From Hyphomicrobiales bacterium (GTDB lineage: Bacteria > Pseudomonadota > Alphaproteobacteria > Rhizobiales > JAJFHC01): DNA of 64,000 nucleotides. Location of the stretch: positions 119,778-183,777 of the forward strand of contig CBDAQD010000001.1 in assembly GCA_965198845.1 (NCBI GenBank). The letters are read 5' to 3'. The notes beneath the pieces were generated by a model, which saw only the letters and a program-made list of their open reading frames with translations, ran no database searches and had not been told where the DNA came from. Position 1 is the stretch's first letter; the number at the start of each line of letters is the position of its first letter. Position numbers and translations under genes: made by a program. This document shows positions 43,646 to 54,151 of this stretch, piece after piece.

Positions 43646-45545
43646 TCAGGTCTTCGCCGTGGTCAGGCGCGCGAGAACGGTCTCGAGCAATTCCGGCTCA
43701 ACGGGCTTGGCCAGGTAATCGTCCATGCCCGCCGCGATGCAGGCATCGCGATCCTCCTCGAAGGCATTTGCCGTCAGCGCCACAATCGGGAGCTGTTTTC
43801 CGCCGTTTTCCGCCTCTCGCGAGCGGATAGCGCGAGTCGCCTCCAGGCCATCCATTTCCGGCATGTGCATGTCCATCAGGATCACATCGAAGGCTTCGTC
43901 GGTGCTCTGTTCTTCAACGGCCTCCAAGGCCAGCACCCCATTGACCACATGGCAGACATCGTGCCCGGAACGCTCCAGGAGAGCGCATGCGAGTATGGCA
44001 TTGACGTCATTATCTTCAGCCAGAAGAACCCGCAATGGCCTCACTTCCACGGTTTCGAACGGGTCGGCAACTGATTCGCCCGAACTGTCGTCGGGGTCGA
44101 TTCGCTGTTCCGAAGCCCCCAGAGCCGTCAAACGATCAATGATGGAATTGCGACGCAACGGCTTGATCAGATAACCGTCGAAGCCGGCGTCACGGAGCTG
44201 CGGAAGACTCTGCCTTTGCTCCGGAGCGAGCAGCACCAGCGTGCGCGGCCGGCAATTGTTCGATGTCTCATCGGAAAGCGCGCGCGGAAACTCCAGGGCC
44301 GCTTCCAGGCCGACAGTCGCATCGATGATGACGATATCCGGCATTGCGGTTCTGTCTTTCACACCCCGGAGACGGTCAAGCAGGGCGCCCGGACCGGCGA
44401 CCATTTCCACGGTAGCGCCATATTCCGAGGCATAGGACGAAATGGTGTTTCCGGTCACCGCATCACTGCTGGCGCAGAAGACGCTGATGCCGGTCAGGAC
44501 TGGGGCGGTGTCGGACGCGGTGACGGCACCACCGCGTTCGAGAACCAGACGGATCCGGAATTCAGATCCTTCGCCTGGTGCGCTGTGCACCGAGACGTCG
44601 CCCTGCATGGCCTCGACCAGCCGGCGCGTGATCGCCAGCCCAAGACCGGTTCCGCCGTGACGGCGGGAGAGCGTGGAATCCGCCTGTCTGAATTCCTCGA
44701 AAATGGTCTCAAGCTCTTCCGACCGCATGCCGATCCCCGTATCGACGATGCGAAAGAGCAGCGTGTCTCCGGACCCCGACGTTGCGGCGCCGTCGCGCTC
44801 GACAAAGATGGACACGCCGCCTTCGTCCGTGAACTTGATCGCGTTGCCGGCGAGATTCAGAAGGATCTGCCGCAGCCTCGGCTCGTCGCCGCAATAGTCG
44901 GCACCGAGTGACGGGTCGATGTGGCACGCCACCGAAATCTGCTTTGCGTGGGCCCTGGGCGCCAGGAGTTCGGTGACGTCCTCGACCATGCGGACAAGGT
45001 CGAACGGCGCATGCCGCAGGTCGAGCTGACCCGCCTCGATCTTCGAAAAGTCCAGGATCTCGTCGATCAGATTGAGCAGGACCTCGCCCGACTGATGGGC
45101 GCTAGACACATAGGACTGCTGTTCCTGACTGAGTTTCGTATCCTTGAGCAGGCGCAGCATGCCCAGCACGCCATTCATCGGTGTGCGGATTTCATGACTC
45201 ATGGTCGCCAGAAACATGGACTTGGCGCTGTTGGCCTGCTCGGCCTGATCCCGCGCCGCCTCCAGCTCGCGCTCGGTGTCACGCAGGGCCGTGATCCTGC
45301 TATGGGCCTCAAGCCAGGCATAAAGGGCTCCACAGGCGCCGAGGATGGCGAAGGTCGCCACCAGTTCGGCGCTGATCTCGAGAACACGGCCGGCAAAGAA
45401 CAGATCAAGCAAAATGACCAGGCTGGCGCCCACGCCCAGGATGATCGCGACGGTCGAGGCCACGGCGGCGAAATTCGCATTCTGCCAGGGCCAGCGGTGC
45501 GATGGCGCCGTCTCCAGTTCCAGCTTTGCCTGTCGTTCCTGCATA
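43646..45545 (-). CDS. Hybrid sensor histidine kinase/response regulator (TM, HisKA, HATPase_c, two REC domains)
   Basis: H-box SHEIRTPMNG, an HATPase N/G boxes region and two receiver domains (...VLLAEDNDVN..., D-containing). Start chosen at MQERQAKLE (45545). The ORF-track start at 45967 adds 140 aa with no domain and overlaps the divergent gene. Confidence 0.85.
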
Positions 45546-45685
45546 CCCGGTATCTCCGCTCGCCCCTCCGAACGGTGAATGTGACCACAGTATGCTTGAG
45601 AAATGCTTACTTCCCGTGCCGATTCGGCCGGCCGGCGGCGGGGATCGATCATGGCATTCAGTTCAGGCATGCTAGGGTAGGGGGC

Positions 45686-46696
45686 ATGCGGGCACTCGAT
45701 TTCCACGAAGACGATATCGGCCAGGTGCAAATTGTCGCCGCCTCCAACAGGGCGTGGTGCGAGGAAGAGCTGCGCAAGCTCAACGCGTTTGCCAAGGCGC
45801 ACGAGGATCCGGACGGTGCCGGCTGGACCGACATGTATATCCGGGGCGAAGAGCCGGATGCCCTGAGCACACTCGGCCTCGACAGAGACCGCGTCGCAGC
45901 CTGTCTCGAGCAGGTCACGGAAAGCTTCGATCGAATCTCCACCGGCTATGCCGATCACCGCGAGCAACTGAAGGGGACCGATGCCTTCGGCCCGTCAGAT
46001 GGCGCGGCAATCGTCGTGCATTTTGCAGACGACGGTACAATCGAGATGCTGTGGTGCATCCTGCCGCCTCCCACAACCCCTGACAGCTGGTTCATGGCGC
46101 ACATTCTTGCCGAACTGGGCAAGGCCGAGCCCCTGACCCTGATCGACTGGGTCGGCGAGAAGGTGATCGACCTGTCCTCTCCGGAGCAAATCGCCGGCTA
46201 TGTGAAGTACGGAGAGGCTCCCGGTGTTTCATACGACAGGCCCGGTGAAACCACGCAGATTCTGACTGGGCGCGTTTCGCGCTGGCTGCCGATGATCGGG
46301 CTGGGCGCCGGCTTGACATTTCTCTGCTGGCTGGTGCTGGACCCAGGGCTCAAGCGGCAGATCGCGATCGTGGGCGGCGCATTGGTCACGTTGGCTGCGG
46401 TTGTCCCGGCACTTCCGGGAGCATTTCGCCTGCGCCTGCTCGAGGACGGATTTGAAGTCACGACATTCTGGAAGCGGCAGTTCTGGCCCTGGAAGGACGT
46501 GGAGCATTTCCGCGTCGTCTGCCCGCACAAGGAGAACCTGGTCGGCTGGAACATCAGGCAGGATGACGACCTTGAAGATATCGGCTTGTTCGCCGGCCTG
46601 CCGCCGGTCGACGGGCATCTTTCGGACACCTTCGGCATGGATGCCCAGGACCTGGCCGACCTCATGGAGTCCTGGCGCGCCCGCGGCTCGCCCTGA
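45686..46696 (+). CDS. Hypothetical membrane protein
   Basis: 336 aa from ATG 45686 (MRALDFHEDD...) with two TM helices near residues 225-270. The ORF-track start at 44921 is an antisense extension through the kinase gene. Confidence 0.55.
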   Translation: MRALDFHEDDIGQVQIVAASNRAWCEEELRKLNAFAKAHEDPDGAGWTDMYIRGEEPDALSTLGLDRDRVAACLEQVTESFDRISTGYADHREQLKGTDAFGPSDGAAIVVHFADDGTIEMLWCILPPPTTPDSWFMAHILAELGKAEPLTLIDWVGEKVIDLSSPEQIAGYVKYGEAPGVSYDRPGETTQILTGRVSRWLPMIGLGAGLTFLCWLVLDPGLKRQIAIVGGALVTLAAVVPALPGAFRLRLLEDGFEVTTFWKRQFWPWKDVEHFRVVCPHKENLVGWNIRQDDDLEDIGLFAGLPPVDGHLSDTFGMDAQDLADLMESWRARGSP

Positions 46697-46772
46697 TACC
46701 CCCACTCTTCCCGAAATTACGATGATCGCCGAACCGGTATGCACACCATCGCGGAGGCTCCGGAAAACTGGC

Positions 46773-47219
46773 TCAGCTCTTACCCCAGGCTGCGTGTATT
46801 TCACTGTAAAGGGCATCCGCCTTGCCATCGGCGTCATCACAACTCATGTAGGCAATTCCGAGCGCCGCATACTGGCCCGGATATGCTCGGACCAAATTGA
46901 GCAATGTGAGAGAAGCGGCAACGGACAACTCACCGTTTGCCGCCAACACTCTCGCGCAGTCGGCCAGCGGTTGTGAAAGCGGATGTGGGCATCTTTCCTG
47001 CCACAGGTCGATGAGCTTCAGCAGCGTGACTCCGGAAATGTCAGTGCCGCGCGGCGCGCGGGCGAGCTCATCGAGAACCAGGAAAGACGCGTTGTCAGAA
47101 ATGGTTTGCGCCAGTTCCATCAACCGGACGCACTCCGCCTCATTGTCATAAGGAAGTCTGCAATCGATCAGTGCAGAAAACTCATCCTCGGTCATTGCAG
47201 TATTACCCATGGCTGTCAC
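46773..47219 (-). CDS. Hypothetical protein (148 aa, no recognisable family)
   Basis: ORF in a lower-GC patch immediately downstream of the frameshifted envelope-protein gene, in the same orientation. Confidence 0.45.
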   Translation of the reverse strand: MTAMGNTAMTEDEFSALIDCRLPYDNEAECVRLMELAQTISDNASFLVLDELARAPRGTDISGVTLLKLIDLWQERCPHPLSQPLADCARVLAANGELSVAASLTLLNLVRAYPGQYAALGIAYMSCDDADGKADALYSEIHAAWGKS

Positions 47220-47333
47220 GCTGGATTGATCATATGAGAATCGTCGCGCTCGATCAGCCTTACACGATGGGCGACATTAGACCGGGTCGCTGTGTGGCGT
47301 CCTGAATGCCGAAAGTCTTAGATATCCGAGCCT

Positions 47334-49023
47334 TCAAGGTCTTTTAACCGACCAGGCCGACGTATTGCCGCTTTCAAACCCATCGGTAAAGATTTGACCC
47401 AACTGCACTTCGCCTTTGAGGAAGAACCCGGTTTCGATCCGGTCGGCAATGCGGGAAGTGACGTTCGGCCCGGCGGTAACCTTGAAGCCCTCGGTCCACG
47501 AGACATACCCTTCGACACCCATGGCGAAGGCATTGGTGAGAGGGACCTTAAAGCCAGCATGGCCGCTCACCGTCGGCCTCGTCGCGTTGCCCTTTAACAC
47601 AACGACGCCATTGCTGCGGGCGGTCAGCTTCTGAAACGCAAGCCCGCCACTAATGCCCACACCCGGCCGGATGATGGTTCTGCCGCCATTGTCGTTGATG
47701 TTCCACTCAATGTCGACGCGCCCTCTGACACCGATGGATTCGATATCGCCGGTCAGCGGCAGGACACCCGGGAACAGCTCGTTCCCCAGTTCATCGATCC
47801 ACAGCTTCTTCTGGTCAACCTCGACACTGAATTTGAGGTCGCCATCCTCCAGGAAAACACGGGGCAGAATAAACCCGGCACCGCCTGTGAAGACTGTTCC
47901 GGTCGGGGCTTCGAGAAACTGGTTGAAAGCCGGCAGGCGGATTTGGTTCTGGCCCAGAACGTTCACGCCAACGCCAAAATTCACGATCGGCACGAGATTG
48001 TGGTGAATGAAGTCAAGCCCGCCTTCCTGATGATCCGTCCTTGCGTGATCGGTTACATTCCGTTGCACTTCAGATATCTGGATTTCCGGAAGCGGGTCCG
48101 CTTTCCGGCCTGACGGCGAAGTTTCGACCACGTCGCTGGTCTTCTGTTTTCCGAGCTTGTCAACGCCGGATTCGAACTCCGTCAGATCTGTTTCGAACCG
48201 GTCGACATTTTCCTTGAGAAGCAAACTGAACTTTCTGGCCCGCTCGACATCGGGCTCAGACAAATCGGCGGTTTCATCAAACGGTCTGTCAGGATTCCTC
48301 TTGCCCGCAAGCCGGACGAGCAATTCGCTGAGCTTCTTGAGACCTGCAAATTGCGATTCAATTGCGCTGCCAACCGCCTTTTCGGCGTCTTCAAGCGCCT
48401 TGGCCGCTTCCGCTTCTTTGCTGGTAATGGTTCCCGGGTTGTCGGGAAGATCGGGCAGCCGCTTCAGCAATTCGCGCAATTCGGAAAGATCGGCTTTGAG
48501 ATCGTTCTTACTACCGATGGCGCGGTAAATCTCAGTTTGGTTGCTGCCAATTTTCGAAAACAGTGTATCTCTGTAATTGGTCCATTCTTTCTCAATTTTG
48601 TTGATACGCAGGGCTTCTGTCCCTATCGCATCTGCAAGCTTCCCGACGCGGTCCGCCAGTGGAGCATCCTCACCAGCAGTCAGTTGTTCCTGCCTGGCCA
48701 AGTGTAGCTTGAAAATCTTTCTCCAGGTCCTGTCGAGCTCTTTGCCTGCGTTTCGATGCCCGGTCCGCCTGGGACCATGCAAAGTCAAAATCCTCTTCGA
48801 TCTGCTTTTGACTCGCCTCCAGTTCGTCGATCCGTTTGCACAACCGCTTGTAGTTTTCGATTGTCTGTTTCGCCCGCTCGATAAGTTGAGACCGATCCAG
48901 GGCTCCGCTCGGGACCGCGGTCTGGCTTTGCGCCAGAAGCGGTCCGACCGGCGCGATTGTCATCAACGCCGCCGCCAGTCCAAAAACAACAGATTTCGAT
49001 AAAACGCCCCTGACAGACCCCAT
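47334..49023 (-). pseudogene. Secreted coiled-coil / C-terminal beta-barrel-like envelope protein, split by a frameshift near 48670-48790
   Basis: The 117-aa ORF (48670-49023) carries a signal peptide (MGSVRGVLSKSVVFGLAAALMTIAPVGPLLAQS) and a coiled coil. The 484-aa ORF (47334-48788) continues the coiled coil and ends in an alternating hydrophobic beta-rich region (GFKVPLTNAFAMGVEGYVSWTEGFKVTAG...GEVQLGQIF). The two are offset by one frame and overlap by 119 nt. Confidence 0.5.
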
Positions 49024-49504
49024 CGTCGCCTCCGCAAGGGTTGTTCAATGCAACCCGCGACCCTGTTTTCAACCCCCAGACCTGACACCCTAACGAGTCT
49101 GCCGGACATTTGCAGTGGTAAACGGACTCGGAAGACGATCCATCAACTGGTCTTTCAAACCTGCCCGCCAAACCGAAGATTGTCGCTGGAATGCCAAACC
49201 GCCCCGTCCCGCCCGAGGAGGCGAAGACGGGATGGAGCGGTCCGTGGCTCTTATCGAGCCGCCCGCCGGCGTGATGGCACCGGCGGGGCAGCGTCCGATC
49301 CATGCTCTTCTCCTAGCCAGACTATCTTCGCGACCCGGACTATGAGCGCGAGCTTGTCGCCATGGTCACCCATCTGGCGACCGAGCGTGAGCCTTCGTCT
49401 AAAACCAACTGAAGACGGTGCTTTCGCGCGGCTCAGATTTTTGCGAGCAGGTTTTCGGCCAATCAGCCGAATCCGATCCTTTATCAATTCAGGACGCAGG
49501 CGCC

Positions 49505-50245
49505 CTAACGATGGTGTTGACCTGCGCCGTAAAACGCCTTCTCCCAGGCTTTTTGGGCCTTGTAGCCCTCCCGGATAAATGGCGTGAAGACCGAAAGCTT
49601 CAGTATAGATTTGTTGGTCAGGCTGGCCGGGAACCGCGTCGGCTTCTCGAAATCGACGAACAGGACCACCCGCACCTTGTCGGTATGGTTCCACGCCTCA
49701 TGCTCATAGGCATCGTCAAAGATCAGCGCCTCGCCTTCCTTCCAGTGGCAGATCTGGTCGTCAACCCGGATGCCGACCTTGTCCGGCTCGTCCGGCACGA
49801 TCAGCCCGAGATGGAAACGCAAGACGCCGTTATAGGGACCGCGGTGCGGCGGCAGGTGTTTGCCCGGCTCGAAGATGGAGAACATGGCCGACTTCAGACC
49901 CGGAATCTTCTGAAGGATGCGCCAGGTCTCCGGGCATTGGCGGACCGCCTCCTCGCTGCGGATGCCGTAGCCGTACATAAGGAAGGTCTTCCAGTCGTTG
50001 TCGGAGGAAATGGAGCGCACCTCCGACGCAATCTCGTGGAACGCCGGCAAATCGCCTTTGCGCACCAGAAGCTGATCAAGCTCCGCTCTGATCAGCTCCC
50101 ACTCCGCTTCGACTTCGCGTGCCCAGGGAAAGACGTCCTTGTCGAAGACCGGCGGGTTGCCAACGGTCGAGTATTTGAGGTTCAGTCCCTCCGCACCGTC
50201 GACCAGCCTTTGCACCATGCGCGCCGCCAGACCGGGCCGCGACAT
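49505..50245 (-). CDS. Aspartyl/asparaginyl beta-hydroxylase family protein (LpxO-like)
   Basis: From MSRPGLAARM; AspH family blocks (KHLPPHRGPYNGVLRFHLGL, WKEGEALIFDDAYEHEAWN). Confidence 0.85.
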   Translation of the reverse strand: MSRPGLAARMVQRLVDGAEGLNLKYSTVGNPPVFDKDVFPWAREVEAEWELIRAELDQLLVRKGDLPAFHEIASEVRSISSDNDWKTFLMYGYGIRSEEAVRQCPETWRILQKIPGLKSAMFSIFEPGKHLPPHRGPYNGVLRFHLGLIVPDEPDKVGIRVDDQICHWKEGEALIFDDAYEHEAWNHTDKVRVVLFVDFEKPTRFPASLTNKSILKLSVFTPFIREGYKAQKAWEKAFYGAGQHHR

Positions 50246-50536
50246 GGTGTCCTCCAGGCCTTCGGTCTTCAGTTTCTGCTCGCCACTGTGCTCCGTCACC
50301 TGTTCCCTCGCCGATATTGCCCACTCATCTTGACGGCGCGACCGAGCCCGATCGCGCATATGGGGCTGAAGTTGCGATTAGTCTCACAGCGACGCCGGGA
50401 ATTGGTCAATGGTTTTGCGTTGCACCGCGCGCCCGGACGTCTCAGATTTTCGACTCGATTTCATATCAGGATAGCCCCCGCTACGCCAATAGGGGCCCTG
50501 CCATCCGCGTCAATTGACGGCAAGCGCCGACGCGTG

Positions 50537-52069
50537 TCAGGCCGTAACCCGCAGCCGCTCGGCATGGCCGCGATAGGCCAGTGCCTCGGCGATGTGGACG
50601 CGACCGATTTGCTCTACGCCCTCCAGATCCGCAAGCGTGCGGGCGACCCGCAGAACGCGGTGATAGCCGCGTGCGCTGAGACCCATGGCGTCTGCCGCAT
50701 CGCCCAGCAAAGTGAGACCGGCCGGGTCGGGCTGCGCCAGTTTCTCGAGCAGCTCTCCATCGACCTCGGCATTGGTGCGCAGGGCATCAGCGCCGGCGTC
50801 ATCGAAACGCTCGCGCTGACGCCGGCGTGCGGCAGCAACCCTCGCGGCCACGGTTTCGCTGGCCTCCCGGGGCGGCGCCAGGACCAGGTCGCGAGCCGCC
50901 ACCGGAGCGACTTCGATATGGAGGTCGATGCGGTCGAGCAGGGGGCCTGAGATGCGAGCCTGATAGTCCGCCGCGCACCGCTCGCCACGCCGGCAAACAT
51001 GACCCGGCATTCCGGCCCGGCCACAGCGGCAGGGGTTCATGGCGGCGACAAGCTGGATGCGCGCCGGATAGGTGACATGGTGATTGGCACGGGCGATCGT
51101 GACATCGCCGGTCTCCAGCGGCTGGCGCAAGGCATCCAGCACGCGGGGTGCGAATTCGGGAAGCTCGTCGAGGAACAGGACGCCCAGATGGGCAAGCGAG
51201 ACCTCGCCCGGCCGGGCCTTGGGGCCGCCACCGACAAGAGCCGCCTGACTTGCCGAATGATGCGGACTGCGGAACGGCCTGCGCCGACTGATCCGGCCGC
51301 CCTCGATCTGGCCGGCAATGCTGGCGATCATCGACACGTCGAGCATCTCGCGCACGTCCATCGCGGGCAGAATTGACGGCAGGCGCTGGGCCAGCATCGA
51401 CTTGCCGGCACCCGGCGGACCGACCATGAGCATGTTGTGGCCGCCGGCGGCCGCCACTTCGAGCGCGCGCTTTGCCGTCTCCTGTCCCTTGATATCGGCC
51501 AGGTCCGGGCCGCCCGCACCGTCGTCAACCTCGCCCGGCGACGGCCGGGACATGACCTGGGAGCCCTTGAAGTGATTGACGATCTGGATCAGGTCTCCCG
51601 GCGCCAGAATGTCGACCTCCGCGCCGGCCCAGGCCGCCTCGCCACCCTGATCCTTCGGACAGATCAATCCGCGGCCTGCCGCATGCGCGCTGATTGCCGC
51701 GGGCAGCGCACCGGTCACCGTCGTCAACATGCCGCCGAGCGACAGCTCTCCCAACACGCTGTAGGCCTCGAGCGCGCCGCCGTCGACAATGCCCAACGCC
51801 GCCATCAGACCAAGTGCAATCGGCAGGTCGTAATGGCTGCCTTCCTTGGGCAGGTCGGCCGGCGCCAGATTCACGATGATGCGCTTAGGCGGCAGACCGA
51901 GGCCGATTGCCGTCAGGGCCGCGCGGACCCGCTCGCGGCTTTCAGCCACCGCCTTGTCGGGCAGACCGACGATGATAAAGGCCGGAAGACCGGACGACAG
52001 CTGCACCTGGACATCGACCGGCACCGCCTCGATGCCGTTAAAGGCGACCGTTGCAACATGGGCGACCAT
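50537..52069 (-). CDS. comM: Mg-chelatase-like AAA+ ATPase YifB/ComM
   Basis: 510 aa with an N-terminal Lon-like domain, Walker A (GPPGAGKSMLA), sensor motifs and a C-terminal ChlI-like domain. Confidence 0.93.
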   Translation of the reverse strand: MVAHVATVAFNGIEAVPVDVQVQLSSGLPAFIIVGLPDKAVAESRERVRAALTAIGLGLPPKRIIVNLAPADLPKEGSHYDLPIALGLMAALGIVDGGALEAYSVLGELSLGGMLTTVTGALPAAISAHAAGRGLICPKDQGGEAAWAGAEVDILAPGDLIQIVNHFKGSQVMSRPSPGEVDDGAGGPDLADIKGQETAKRALEVAAAGGHNMLMVGPPGAGKSMLAQRLPSILPAMDVREMLDVSMIASIAGQIEGGRISRRRPFRSPHHSASQAALVGGGPKARPGEVSLAHLGVLFLDELPEFAPRVLDALRQPLETGDVTIARANHHVTYPARIQLVAAMNPCRCGRAGMPGHVCRRGERCAADYQARISGPLLDRIDLHIEVAPVAARDLVLAPPREASETVAARVAAARRRQRERFDDAGADALRTNAEVDGELLEKLAQPDPAGLTLLGDAADAMGLSARGYHRVLRVARTLADLEGVEQIGRVHIAEALAYRGHAERLRVTA

Positions 52070-52127
52070 GGCGCGTTCCCTTGTTCAGGGAGTGTTACGG
52101 CCCGGCGTCCATCAATCTGTCTAACGG

Positions 52128-52811
52128 TCAGGCGCTATCCTGCGCTGAGGGTTCGCGGGCGCCGGGCACATCGCCCGCGGCGATCTGGTCGGCGAACTGA
52201 TGGTTGCGGTCCCGGTGGCCGGCCTCGTCGGCACGGACGGCGATCACGACGTCCCGCAGGGTCGCGTCCGCGGGAAGGTTCCAGTAATCGATGGCGAGGG
52301 CCGGCGCCGGCGGATTCTCGTGACGGCCGGCGTCGATTTCTTCCAGATACTGGGTGTAGCTGACCACCGCTTCTTCCTCGAGATAACCGACGATCCGGTG
52401 GGCCGTTCGCGGCGCGAACAGGTAGAGGAAGAAGTAGAAGTTGTAGAAGATGGCCTGCGTGATCATGATCAGCGCACGCTCGAACAGGGTCGGCTGGGCG
52501 ATCTTGATGAACGTCATCAGATGCATGCGCTCGTTCTCGGCCTCGTCCAGCAGTTCGCGGATCCAGCCTTCGTCGTCCCGGATGTACCGCAGGGCCTTGA
52601 GATGCTGGAGCAGACCGCCGACCATGCCGGGGACGGCGGCAACCGTTTCGAGCACGACCGCGCGATGGCCATAGCGCTTGGCAAAAAGCCGGTCGGCGAA
52701 GAACCTCAAGAACTTAACGAAACCCAGCGCGATACGGTCGCGTCCGCCCTGCGGCTCGTGATGCGCCTTGAGGTCGATATTGTGGCCTTTGAGATCTGCG
52801 TTGGTGGTCAT
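52128..52811 (-). CDS. aox: Alternative oxidase (cyanide-insensitive ubiquinol oxidase, AOX)
   Basis: 227 aa with all four diiron-carboxylate AOX motifs: [30 protein letters not shown] and [12 protein letters not shown]. Confidence 0.9.
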   Translation of the reverse strand: MTTNADLKGHNIDLKAHHEPQGGRDRIALGFVKFLRFFADRLFAKRYGHRAVVLETVAAVPGMVGGLLQHLKALRYIRDDEGWIRELLDEAENERMHLMTFIKIAQPTLFERALIMITQAIFYNFYFFLYLFAPRTAHRIVGYLEEEAVVSYTQYLEEIDAGRHENPPAPALAIDYWNLPADATLRDVVIAVRADEAGHRDRNHQFADQIAAGDVPGAREPSAQDSA

Positions 52812-52878
52812 GGCTCACATCTCCTCTCGGGATCAATAGTGAGTGCCCCATAAACTCATGTGTTGCGGGGCCTTGGCC

Positions 52879-52906
52879 TTGACAATAGCTTCTTTAAGTG
52901 TATATA
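52879..52906 (+). promoter_or_regulatory. Sigma70-like promoter (TTGACA-16-TATATA) upstream of marR, in the aox-marR divergent region
   Basis: TTGACA at 52879-52884 and TATATA at 52901-52906. The marR ATG at 52915 is only about 8 nt downstream. Confidence 0.5.
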
Positions 52907-52914
52907 CATCTTTT

Positions 52915-53367
52915 ATGAACGAAGATAGCGGAAATCTCGACGAACCGGGCATCGGCACCTGCGCCTGTGCGAACTTACGCCGCACCACACGGCTGGTCAC
53001 CCAGGCCTATGACGCAGCATTGAAACCTGCGGGGCTTCGGGCAACCCAGTTCACGGCTCTTGCGGCCCTGGCCAACAATCCGGAGATCCGCCAAAGCGAG
53101 CTCGCGGAATTGCTCGGAATGGACGGCACGACGCTGACACGGAATCTGAAGATCCTTCTGAAAGCCGGTTGGATCAAAATCGGCCGGGCCGAAGACCAGC
53201 GGATCCGGCTGGTCTCGATCACCGAGGACGGACAGCAGGTCCTGGAGCGCGCCATTCCGCTGTGGCGGGAGATCCAGACGAGATTCGTTTCCGGTCTCGG
53301 CGTGTACACGTTGTCCGGGTTTTTGGGCGTGGTCGCAAAAGCAAAGGATGTCGCCACACGGGAGTAA
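52915..53367 (+). CDS. MarR-family transcriptional regulator
   Basis: 150 aa from ATG 52915 with a winged helix (LGMDGTTLTRNLKILLKAGWIKIGRAEDQRIRLVSITEDG). The ORF-track GTG start at 52843 would bury the promoter. Confidence 0.85.
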   Translation: MNEDSGNLDEPGIGTCACANLRRTTRLVTQAYDAALKPAGLRATQFTALAALANNPEIRQSELAELLGMDGTTLTRNLKILLKAGWIKIGRAEDQRIRLVSITEDGQQVLERAIPLWREIQTRFVSGLGVYTLSGFLGVVAKAKDVATRE

Positions 53368-53415
53368 AAATTTTTGCACTAAAACTTGTATCTACATCTA
53401 ATAGGAGATCAGACG

Positions 53416-54093
53416 ATGTACAGTCAAGAGCAACAATACGAATGGACAACACTGCAAAAAGCCGTCCTCGCCGGGCTTGTTGCCGCACTGTTCGGCACGG
53501 CCTATCTCGTCGGCACCCAGAACTGGCTGACCAACGACAACCAGACCTTCATCGCGCCGATCGCGGTCACGGCCACGGTACCGGTTGCACTGTTCCTTGC
53601 CGCCTATGGCCTGTCGGCCCGGTTCCGCGATTTCGTGCTTGCACAGGATCTGCGCCTGCTGACGGCGATCCATCTGTGGCGCGTGATCGGTTTCGTGTTC
53701 CTCGCAGCGTATTCGTTCGGCGTCCTGCCCGGCCTGTTTGCATGGCCCGCAGGTGTCGGTGACGTCCTGGTTGGCATAACCGCCATTTTCGTGGTCGCGA
53801 AGATGGATCGTGATCCGGACTTCGTCACGACGAACGGCTATCTCGGCTTCCACTTCATGGGGCTTGCCGATTTCGTCATCGCCATCGGCTCGGCAGGTCT
53901 TGCTTCCGGCGCATTCCCCGGACTCGTTTCCAACGGGCTGACCAGCGCGGCGATGGACGTGTGGCCGCTCAATATCGCGCCGAGCTTCCTGGTTCCGGCC
54001 TTCATCATCCTGCACCTGGCGGCGCTGTTCAAAGTCCGTCATCTGCGGAAGACCCGCGCCGCAACCCTCTCCGCCGCGCCGCACGCAGCCTGA
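53416..54093 (+). CDS. Hypothetical polytopic membrane protein (about 6 TM)
   Basis: 226 aa from MYSQEQQ. It is hydrophobic throughout and lies downstream of marR in the same orientation. Confidence 0.6.
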   Translation: MYSQEQQYEWTTLQKAVLAGLVAALFGTAYLVGTQNWLTNDNQTFIAPIAVTATVPVALFLAAYGLSARFRDFVLAQDLRLLTAIHLWRVIGFVFLAAYSFGVLPGLFAWPAGVGDVLVGITAIFVVAKMDRDPDFVTTNGYLGFHFMGLADFVIAIGSAGLASGAFPGLVSNGLTSAAMDVWPLNIAPSFLVPAFIILHLAALFKVRHLRKTRAATLSAAPHAA

Positions 54094-54151
54094 CAAACCG
54101 GGCGGGCGACAGGCCCGCCCTTTCGCCCAAACGCAGAGACAGGAAACCGGC

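Noticed and set aside
44921-45685. Upstream 255-codon extension of the 45686 ORF
   Set aside because: It runs antisense through the histidine-kinase catalytic domain. The coherent protein starts at ATG 45686.
49418-50950. 510-aa plus-strand ORF
   Set aside because: Antisense across the beta-hydroxylase and comM genes.
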